A stretch of 64,000 nt of DNA from Azolla caroliniana (Eukaryota; Plantae; Polypodiophyta): the NCBI GenBank assembly GCA_043228905.1, contig JBHGNT010000039.1:199125-263124 (forward strand). The letters are read 5' to 3'. The notes below the pieces were generated by a model. The model did no database searches. It was not told where the DNA came from and was given only the letters and a program-made list of their open reading frames with translations. A program made the translations under genes and the position numbers. Positions 53,801 through 64,000 of the stretch are shown one piece after another; the stretch's first letter is position 1; each line of letters begins with the position of its first letter.

Positions 53801-56800
53801 CACACGAGCCAGGTATGAACATTGTAATTTACCTACTAGCCCTTCTCAACTCCCTCCTCAAATTTGGTAATTTCGTGATGTCTCTCGACCTTAGTTTCAA
53901 AATCTTGATTTTTTAATTCCATATCATAGCTAGTGTTGTTAGCTTCGATTCGCATGTTTGAACACAAAAATCCGATATCACACGAGCCAGGTATGAACAT
54001 TTTAATTTACTCAAGGGCTCCTCTCAACTCACTCCTCAAATTTGCTAATTTCGTCATGTCTCTCGACCTGAGTTTCAAAATCTTGCTTTTTTAATTCCAT
54101 ATCATAGCTAGCGTTGTTAGCTTCGATTCGCATGTTTGAACACAAAAATCCGATATAACACGTGCTAGGTATAACCAATTTAATTTACTCAAGGGTTCCT
54201 CTCAACTCCCTCGTCAAGGTTGCTAATTTCGTCATACCTCTCGACCTGAGTTTCAAAATCTTGATTTTTTAAATCCATATCATAGCTAGCGTTGTTGGCT
54301 TCGATTCGCATGTTTGAACACAAAAATCTGATATCACACGAGCCAGGTATGAACATTGTAATTTACCTACTAGCTCTTCTCAACTCCCTCCTCAAATTTG
54401 CTAATTTCGTCATGTCTCTCGACCTTAGTTTCAAAATCTTGATTTTTTAATTCCATATCATAGCTAGCGTTGTTAGCTTCGATTCGCATGTTTGAACACA
54501 AAAATCCGATATCACACGAGCCAGGTATGAACATTTTAATTTACTCAAGGGCTCCTCTCAACTCACTCCTCAAATTTGCTAATTTCGTCATGTCTCTCGA
54601 CCTGAGTTTCAAAATCTTGCTTTTTTAATTCCATATCATAGCTAGCGTTGTTAGCTTCGATTCGCATGTTTGAACACAAAAATCCGATATCACACGAGCT
54701 AGGTATGAACATTTTTATTTACTCAAGGGCTCCTCTTAACTCCCTCGTCAAGGTTGCTAATTTCGTCATGTCTCTCGACGTTAGTTTCAAAATCTTGATT
54801 TTTTAATTCTATATCATAGCTAGCGTTGTTAGCTTCGATTCGCATGTTTGAACACAAAAATCCGATATCACACGAGTTAGGTATCAACATTTTTATTTAC
54901 TCAAGGGTTCCTCTCAACTCCCTCGTCAAGGTTGCTAATTTCGTCATATCTCTCGACCTGAGTTTCAAAATCTTGATTTTTTAATTCCATATCATAGCTA
55001 GCGTTGTTAGCTTCGATTCGCATGTTTGAACACAAAAATCCGATATCACACGAGCCAGGTATGAACATTTTTATTTACTCAAGGGTTCCTCTCAACTCCC
55101 TCGTCAAGGTTGCTAATTTCGTCATATCTCTCGACCTGTGTTTCAAAATCTTGATTTTTTAAATCCATATCATAGCTAGCGTTGTTGGCTTCGATTCGCA
55201 TGTTTGAACACAAAAATCCGATATCACACGATCCAGGTATGAACATTGTAATTTACCTACTAGCCCTTCTCAACTCCCTCCTCAAATTTGGTAATTTCGT
55301 GATGTCTCTCGACCTTAGTTTCAAAATCTTGATTTTTTAATTCCATATCATAGCTAGTGTTGTTAGCTTCGATTCGCATGTTTGAACACAAAAATCCGAT
55401 ATCACACGAGCCAGGTATGAACATTTTAATTTACTCAAGGGCTCCTCTCAACTCACTCCTCAAATTTGCTAATTTCGTCATGTCTCTCGACCTGAGTTTC
55501 AAAATCTTGCTTTTTTAATTCCATATCATAGCTAGCGTTGTTAGCTTCGATTCGCATGTTTGAACACAAAAATCCGATATAACACGTGCTAGGTATAACC
55601 AATTTAATTTACTCAAGGGTTCCTCTCAACTCCCTCGTCAAGGTTGCTAATTTCGTCATACCTCTCGACCTGAGTTTCAAAATCTTGATTTTTTAAATCC
55701 ATATCATAGCTAGCGTTGTTGGCTTCGATTCGCATGTTTGAACACAAAAATCTGATATCACACGAGCCAGGTATGAACATTGTAATTTACCTACTAGCTC
55801 TTCTCAACTCCCTCCTCAAATTTGCTAATTTCGTCATGTCTCTCGACCTTAGTTTCAAAATCTTGATTTTTTAATTCCATATCATAGCTAGCGTTGTTAG
55901 CTTCGATTCGCATGTTTGAACACAAAAATCCGATATCACACGAGCTAGATATGAACATTTTTATTTACTCAAGGGTTCCTCTCAACTCCCTCGTCAAGGT
56001 TGCTAATTTCGTCATACCTCTCGACCTGAGTTTCAAAATCTTGATTTTTTAAATCCATATCATAGCTAGCGTTGTTGGCTTCGATTCGCATGTTTGAACA
56101 CAAAAATCTGATATCACACGAGCCAGGTATGAACATTGTAATTTACCTACTAGCTCTTCTCAACTCCCTCCTCAAATTTGGTAATTTCGTCATGTCTCTC
56201 GACCTTAGTTTCAAAATCTTGATTTTTTAATTCCATATCATAGCTAGCGTTGTTAGCTTCGATTCGCATGTTTGAACACAAAAATCCGATATCACACGAG
56301 CTAGGTATGAACATTATTATTTACTCAAGGGCTCCTCTCAACTCCCTCGTCAAGGTTGCTAATTTCGTCATGTCTCTCGACCTTAGTTTACAAATCTTGA
56401 TTTTTTTAATTCCATATCATAGCTAGCGTTGTTAGCTTCGATTCGCATGTTTGAACACAAAAATCCGATATCACACGAGCTAGGTATGAACATTTTTATT
56501 TACTCAAGGGCTCCTCTCAACTCCCTCGTCAAGGTTGCTAATTTCGTCATGTCTCTCGACCTTAGTTTACAAATCTTGATTTTTTTAATTCCATATCATA
56601 GCTAGCGTTGTTAGCTTCGATTCGCATGTTTGAACACAAAAATCCGATATCACACGAGCTAGGTATGAACATTTTTATTTACTCAAGGGCTCCTCTTAAC
56701 TCCCTCGTCAAGGTTGCTAATTTCGTCATGTCTCTCGACGTTAGTTTCAAAATCTTGATTTTTTAATTCCATATCATAGCTAGCGTTGTTAGCTTCGATT

Positions 56801-59800
56801 CGCATGGTTGAACACAAAAATCCGATATCACACGAGCTAGGTATGAACATTTTTATTTACTCAAGGGTTCCTCTCAACTCCCTCGTCAAGGTTGCTAATT
56901 TCGTCATATCTCTCGACCTGAGTTTCAAAATCTTGATTTTTTAAATCCATATCATAGCTAGCGTTGTTGGCTTCGATTCGCATGTTTGAACACAAAAATC
57001 CGATATCACACGAGCCTGGTATGAACATTGTAATTTACCTACTAGCTCTTCTCAACTCCCTCCTCAAATTTGGTAATTTCGTCATGTCTCTCGACCTTAG
57101 TTTCAAAATCTTGATTTTTTAATTCCATATCATAGCTAGCGTTGTTAGCTTCGATTCGCATGTTTGAACACAAAAATCCGATATCACACGAGCTAGGTAT
57201 GAACATTTTTATTTACTCAAGGGCTCCTCTCAACTCCCTCGTCAAGGTTGCTAATTTCGTCATGTCTCTCGACCTTAGTTTCAAAATCTTGATTTTTTTA
57301 ATTCCATATCATAGCTAGCGTTGTTAGCTTCGATTCGCATGTTTGAACACAAAAATCCGATATCACACGAGCTAGGTATGAACATTTTTATTTACTCAAG
57401 GGCTCCTCTCAACTCCCTCGTCAAGGTTGCTAATTTCGTCATATCTCTCGACCTGAGTTTCAAAATCTTGATTTTTTAAATCCATATCATAGCTAGCGTT
57501 GTTGGCTTCGATTCGCATGTTTGAACACAAAAATCCGATATCACACGAGCCAGGTATGAACATTGTAATTTACCTACTAGCTCTTCTCAACTCCCTCCTC
57601 AAATTTGCTAATTTCGTCATGTCTCTCGACCTTAGTTTCAAAATCTTGATTTTTTAATTCTATATCATAGCTAGCGTTGTTAGCTTCGATTCACATGTTT
57701 GAACACAAAAATCCGATATCACACGAGCCAGGTATGAACATTTTAATTCACTCACGTGCTCTTCCAACCTCACTCCTCAAATTTGGTAATTTTTCATGTC
57801 TCTCGACTTGAGTTGCAAAATCTTGATTTTTTAATTCCATATCATAGCTAGCGTTGTTAGCTTCGTTTCGCATGTTTGAACACAAAAATCCAATATCACA
57901 CGAACCAGATATGAACATTATAATTTACCTACTAGCTCTTCTCAACTCCCTCCTGAAATTTGGAAATTTCGTCATGTCCCTCGACCTGAGTTTCAAAATC
58001 TTGATTTTTTAATTCCATATCATAGCTAGCGTTGTTAGCTTCGATTCGCATGTTTGTACACAAAAATCCGATATCACACGAGCCAGGTATGAACATTGTA
58101 ATTTACCTACTAGCTCTTCTCAACTCCCTCCTCAAATTTGGTAATTTCGTCATGTCTCTCGACCTTAGTTTCAAAATCTTGATTTTTTAATTCCATATCA
58201 TAGCTAGCGTTGTTAGCTTCGATTCGCATGTTTGAACACAAAAATCCGATATCACACGAGCTAGGTATGAACATTTTTATTTACTCAAGGGTTCCTCTCA
58301 ACTCCCTCGTCAAGGTTGCTAATTTCGTCATATCTTTTCGACCTGAGTTTCAAAATCTTGATTTTTTAAATCCATATCATAGCTAGCGTTGTTGGCTTCG
58401 ATTCGCATGTTTGAACACAAAAATCCGATATCACACGAGCCAGGTATGAACATTGTAATTTACCTACTAGCTCTTCTCAACTCCCTCCTCAAATTTGCTA
58501 ATTTCGTCATGTCTCTCGACCTTAGTTTCAAAATCTTGATTTTTTAATTCTATATCATAGCTAGCGTTGTTAGCTTCGATTCGCATGTTTGAACACAAAA
58601 ATCCGATATCACACGAGTTAGGTATCAACATTTTTATTTACTCAAGGGTTCCTCTCAACTCCCTCGTCAAGGTTGCTAATTTCGTCATATCTCTCGACCT
58701 GAGTTTCAAAATCTTGATTTTTTAATTCCATATCATAGCTAGCGTTGTTAGCTTCGATTCGCATGTTTGAACACAAAAATCCGATATCACACGAGCCAGG
58801 TATGAACATTTTTATTTACTCAAGGGTTCCTCTCAACTCCCTCGTCAAGGTTGCTAATTTCGTCATATCTCTCGACCTGAGTTTCAAAATCTTGATTTTT
58901 TAAATCCATATCATAGCTAGCGTTGTTGGCTTCGATTCGCATGTTTGAACACAAAAATCCGATATCACACGAGCCAGGTATGAACATTGTAATTTACCTA
59001 CTAGCCCTTCTCAACTCCCTCCTCAAATTTGGTAATTTCGTGATGTCTCTCGACCTTAGTTTCAAAATCTTGATTTTTTAATTCCATATCATAGCTAGTG
59101 TTGTTAGCTTCGATTCGCATGTTTGAACACAAAAATCCGATATCACACGAGCCAGGTATGAACATTTTAATTTACTCAAGGGCTCCTCTCAACTCACTCC
59201 TCAAATTTGCTAATTTCGTCATGTCTCTCGACCTGAGTTTCAAAATCTTGCTTTTTTAATTCCATATCATAGCTAGCGTTGTTAGCTTCGATTCGCATGT
59301 TTGAACACAAAAATCCGATATAACACGTGCTAGGTATAACCAATTTAATTTACTCAAGGGTTCCTCTCAACTCCCTCGTCAAGGTTGCTAATTTCGTCAT
59401 ACCTCTCGACCTGAGTTTCAAAATCTTGATTTTTTAAATCCATATCATAGCTAGCGTTGTTGGCTTCGATTCGCATGTTTGAACACAAAAATCGGATATC
59501 ACACGAGCCAGGTATGAACATTGTAATTTACCTACTAGCTCTTCTCAACTCCCTCCTCAAATTTGCTAATTTCGTCATGTCTCTCGACCTTAGTTTCAAA
59601 ATCTTGATTTTTTAATTCCATATCATAGCTAGCGTTGTTAGCTTCGATTCGCATGTTTGAACACAAAAATCCGATATCACACGAGCTAGATATGAACATT
59701 TTTATTTACTCAAGGGTTCCTCTCAACTCCCTCGTCAAGGTTGCTAATTTCGTCATACCTCTCGACCTGAGTTTCAAAATCTTGATTTTTTAAATCCATA

Positions 59801-61050
59801 TCATAGCTAGCGTTGTTGGCTTCGATTCGCATGTTTGAACACAAAAATCTGATATCACACGAGCCAGGTATGAACATTGTAATTTACCTACTAGCTCTTC
59901 TCAACTCCCTCCTCAAATTTGGTAATTTCGTCATGTCTCTCGACCTTAGTTTCAAAATCTTGATTTTTTAATTCCATATCATAGCTAGCGTTGTTAGCTT
60001 CGATTCGCATGTTTGAACACAAAAATCCGATATCACACGAGCTAGGTATGAACATTTTTATTTACTCAAGGGCTCCTCTCAACTCCCTCGTCAAGGTTGC
60101 TAATTTCGTCATGTCTCTCGACCTTAGTTTACAAATCTTGATTTTTTTAATTCCATATCATAGCTAGCGTTGTTAGCTTCGATTCGCATGTTTGAACACA
60201 AAAATCCGATATCACACGAGCTAGGTATGAACATTTTTATTTACTCAAGGGCTCCTCTTAACTCCCTCGTCAAGGTTGCTAATTTCGTCATGTCTCTCGA
60301 CGTTAGTTTCAAAATCTTGATTTTTTAATTCCATATCATAGCTAGCGTTGTTAGCTTCGATTCGCATGTTTGAACACAAAAATCCGATATCACACGAGCT
60401 AGGTATGAACATTTTTATTTACTCAAGGGTTCCTCTCAACTCCCTCGTCAAGGTTGCTAATTTCGTCATATCTCTCGACCTGAGTTTCAAAATCTTGATT
60501 TTTTAAATCCATATCATAGCTAGCGTTGTTGGCTTCGATTCGCATGTTTGAACACAAAAATCCGATATCACACGAGCCAGGTATGAACATTGTAATTTAC
60601 CTACTAGCTCTTCTCAACTCCCTCCTCAAATTTGGTAATTTCGTGATGTCTCTCGACCTTAGTTTCAAAATCTTGATTTTTTAATTCCATATCATAGCTA
60701 GCGTTGTTAGCTTCGATTCGAATGTTTGAACACAAAAATCCGATATCACACGAGCCAGGTATGAACATTTTAATTTACTCAAGGGCTCCTCTCAACTCAC
60801 TCCTCAAATTTGCTAATTTCGTCATGTCTCTCGAGCTTAGTTTCAAAATCTTGATTTTTTAATTCCATATCATAGCTAGCGTTGTTAGCTTCGATTCGCA
60901 TGTTTGAACACAAAAATCCGATATAACACGTGCTAGGTATAACCAATTTAATTTACTCAAGGGTTCCTCTCAACTCCCTCGTCAAGGTTGCTAATTTCGT
61001 CATACCTCTCGACCTGAGTTTCAAAATCTTGATTTTTTAAATCCATATCA
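53230..61050. repeat. Mosaic of 8-mer (1424 bp), 21-mer-offset (3741 bp) and 9-mer-offset (1603 bp) duplications
   Basis: GATATAACACGTG at 54152/55576/59317/60920 and the GATG of TTCGTGATG at 53877/55301/59042/60645 give offsets 1424, 3741 and 1603. GAGCTAGAT at 55942/59683 confirms 3741. Confidence 0.8.
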
Positions 61051-61929
61051 TAGCTAGCGTTGTTAGCTTCGATTCGCATGTTTGAACACAAAAATCCGAT
61101 ATCACACGAGCTAGGTATGAACATTTTTATTTACTCAAGGGCTCCTCTTAACTCCCTCGTCAAGGTTGCTAATTTCGTCATGTCTCTCGACGTTAGTTTC
61201 AAAATCTTGATTTTTTAATTCCATATCATAGCTAGCGTTGTTAGCTTCGATTCGCATGTTTGAACACAAAAATCCGATATCACACGAGCTAGGTATGAAC
61301 ATTTTTATTTACTCAAGGGTTCCTCTGAACTCCCTCGTCAAGGTTGCTAATTTCGTCATATCTCTCGACCTGAGTTTCAAAATCTTGATTTTTTAAATCC
61401 ATATCATAGCTAGCGTTGTTGGCTTCGATTCGCATGTTTGAACACAAAAATCCGATATCACACGAGCCAGGTATGAACATTGTAATTTTCCTACTAGCTC
61501 TTCTCAACTCCCTCCTCAAATTTGCTAATTTCGTCATGTCTCTCGACCTTAGTGTCAAAATCTTGATTTTTTAATTCCATATCATAGCTAGCGTTGTTAG
61601 CTTCGATTCGCATGTTTGAACACAAAAATCCGATATCACACGAGCTAGGTATGAACATTTTTATTTACTCAAGGGTTCCTCTCAACTCCCTCGTCAAGGT
61701 TGCTAATTTCGTCATACCTCTCGACCTGAGTTTCAAAATCTTGATTTTTTAAATCCATATCATAGCTAGCGTTGTTGGCTTCGATTCGCATGTTTGAACA
61801 CAAAAATCTGATATCACACGAGCCAGGTATGAACATTGTAATTTACCTACTAGCTCTTCTCAACTCCCTCCTCAAATTTGGTAATTTCGTCATGTCTCTC
61901 GACCTTAGTTTCAAAATCTTGATTTTTTA

Positions 61930-64000
61930 ATTCTATATCATAGCTAGCGTTGTTGGCTTCGATTCGCATGTTTGAACACAAAAATCCGATATCACACGAG
62001 CCAGGTATGAACATTTTAATTTACTCAAGCGCTCCTCTCAACTCCCTCCTCAAATTTTGTAATTTCGTCATGTCTCTCGACCTTAGTTTCAAAATCTTGA
62101 TTTTTTAATTCCATATCATAGCTAGCGTTGTTAGCTTCGATTCGCATGTTTGAACACAAAAATCCGATATCACGCTCGCTAGGTATGAACATTTTAATTT
62201 ACTCAACGGCTCCTCTCAACTCACTCCTCAAATTTGGTAATTTCGTCATGCCTCTCGACCTGATTTTCAAAATCTTGATTTTTTAATTCCATATCATAGC
62301 TAGCGTAGTTAGCTTCGATTCGCATGTTTGAACACAAAAATCCGATATCACACGAACCAGGTATGAACATTTTAATTCACTCACGCGCTCTTCCAACCTC
62401 ACTCCTCAAATTTGCTAATTTCGTCATGTCTCTCGACCTTAGTTTCAAAATCTTGATTTTTTAATTCCATATCATAGCTAGCGTTGTTAGCTTCGATTCG
62501 CATGTTTGAACACAAAAATCCGATATCACACGAGCCAGGTATATACATTTTAATTTACTCAAGGGCTGCTCTCAACTCACTCCTCAAATTTGGTAATTTC
62601 GTCATGTCTCTCGACCTAAGTTTGAAAATCTTGATTTTTTAATTCCATATCATAGCTAGCGTTGTTAGCTTCGATTCGCATGTTTGAACACAAAAATCCG
62701 ATATCACACGAGCTAGGTATAAACATTTTAATTTACTCAAGGGCTCCTCTCAACTCACTCCTCAAATTTGCTAATTTCTTCATGTCTCTCGACCTTAGTT
62801 TCAAAGTCTTAATTTTGTAATTCCATATCATAGCTAGCGTTGTTAGCTTCGATTCGCATGTTTGAACACAAAAATCCGATATCACACGAGTTAGGTATGA
62901 ACATTATAATTTACCTACTACCTCTTCTCAACTCCCTCCTGAAATTTGGAAATTTCGTCATGTCTCTCGACCTGAGTTTCAAAATCTTGATTTTTTAATT
63001 CCATATTATAGCTAGCGTTGTTAGCTTCGATTCGCATGTTTGTACACAAAAATCCGATATCACACGAGCCAGGTATGAACATTGTAATTTACCTACTAGC
63101 TCTTCTCAACTCCCTCCTCAAATTTGGTAATTTCGTCATGTCTCTCGACCTGAGTTTCAAAATCTATATTTTTCAATTTCATATCATAGCTAACGTTGTT
63201 AGCTTCGATTCGCATGTTTGTACACAAAAATCCGATATCACACTCGCTAGGTATGAACATTTTAATTTACTCAAGGGCTCCTCTCAACTCACTCCTCAAA
63301 TTTGCTAATTTCGTCATGTCTCTCGACCTGAGTTTTAAAATCTTGATTTTTTAATTCCATATCATAGCTAGCATTGCTAGCTTCGATTCGCATGTTTGTA
63401 CACAAAAATCCGATATCACACGAGCCAGGTATGAACATTGTAATTTACCTACTAGCTCTTCTGAACTCCCTCCTCAAATTTTGTAATTTCGTCATGTCTT
63501 TCGACCTGGGTTTTAAAATCTTGATTTTTCAATTCCATATCATAGCTAGCGTTGTTAGCTTCCATTCGCATGTTTGAACACAAAAAGCCGATATCACACG
63601 AGCCAGGTATGAAGATTTTAATTTACTCAAGGGCTCCTCTCAACTCACTCCTCAAATTTGCTAATTTCGTCATGTCTCTCGACCTGATTTTCAAAATCTT
63701 GATGTTTTAATTCCATATCATAGCTAGCGTTCTTAGCTTCGATTTGCATGTTGGAACACAAAAATCCGATATCACACGAACCAGGTATGAATATTGTAAT
63801 TTACTCAAGGGCTCCTCTCAACTCCCTCCTCAAATTTTGTAATTTCGTCATGTCTCTCGACCTGGGTTTCAAAATCTTGATTTTTTAATTCCATATCATA
63901 GCTAGCGTTGTTAGCTTCGATTCGAATGTTTGAACACAAAAATCCGATATCACACTCGCTAGGTATGAACATTTTAATTTACTCAAGGGCTCCTCTCAAC
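61930..64000. repeat. Divergent monomeric satellite layer (same family, many private substitutions, no B-class monomers)
   Basis: Most monomers carry variants I did not see elsewhere (CAAGCGCT, CAACGGCT, GCGTAGTT, AAAGTCTTAATTTTGT, AATCTATATTTTTCAATTTC, AAAAGCCG, GAAGATTT, GATGTTTT). The last CGTCAAGGTT is at about 61692. Confidence 0.85.

Larger units (their letters stand above)
1..64000. repeat. 178-bp tandem satellite array (about 359 head-to-tail monomers), centromere/heterochromatin-type
   Basis: The motif ATCATAGCTA recurs at 1, 179, 357, and so on with a 178-bp period through to about 63897. Occasional monomers are 179/180 bp (T7/T8 tract, GAACCAATTT), 177, 170 or 152 bp. I saw no unrelated sequence and no strand switch. 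A centromeric role is inferred only from the nucleosome-sized monomer and the HOR organisation. Confidence 0.99.

Noticed and set aside
61313-63577. 81-, 96- and 67-aa ORFs near the right end
   Set aside because: They are translations of satellite monomers in which private SNPs removed stops; the peptides are just alternative frames of the repeat.
1-64000. CRISPR array or repeat/variable-spacer system
   Set aside because: The variable segments are SNP alleles of one homologous sequence, not unique spacers. There is no leader and no cas gene.
1-64000. Transposon insertion, inversion, telomeric repeats, 5S rDNA or tRNA array
   Set aside because: I saw no non-satellite segment, LTR/TIR/TSD, strand switch or telomere motif. 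The monomer lacks recognisable 5S or tRNA features.

Overview
The whole 64-kb window is one uninterrupted, head-to-tail, single-orientation tandem array of a 178-bp AT-rich satellite (about 359 monomers; about 38% GC by my count of the consensus). Consensus: ATCATAGCTAGCGTTGTTAGCTTCGATTCGCATGTTTGAACACAAAAATCCGATATCACACGAGCYAGGTATGAACATTTTWATTTACTCAAGGGCTCCTCTCAACTCCCTCSTCAARKTTGSTAATTTCGTCATGTCTCTCGACCTKAGTTTCAAAATCTTGATTTTTTAATTCCAT. The monomer length and organisation fit a eukaryotic, probably plant, centromeric or heterochromatic satellite. I cannot assign a species or family name. I see no credible genes, RNA genes, transposon insertions, inversions or CRISPR array; the listed ORFs are by-products of the repeat. 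The information lies in the variant pattern. There are three monomer classes: A (CTCCTCAAATTT), B (CTCGTCAAGGTT) and C (CATTGTAATTTACCTACTAGC), plus a recurrent B'-C dimer. These form a mosaic of nested, in-register higher-order repeats (10-, 24/34-, 6-, 21/27-, 17-, 7-, 12/24-, 8-mers), with some blocks copied 6-17 kb apart. A few microhomology-flanked deletions are present, and a more divergent, B-free layer starts at about 62 kb. All periods were measured by hand from rare marker variants, so block boundaries are approximate (about one monomer). I found no evidence for a new gene system; the most speculative item is a 55-codon minus-strand ORF spanning most monomers.
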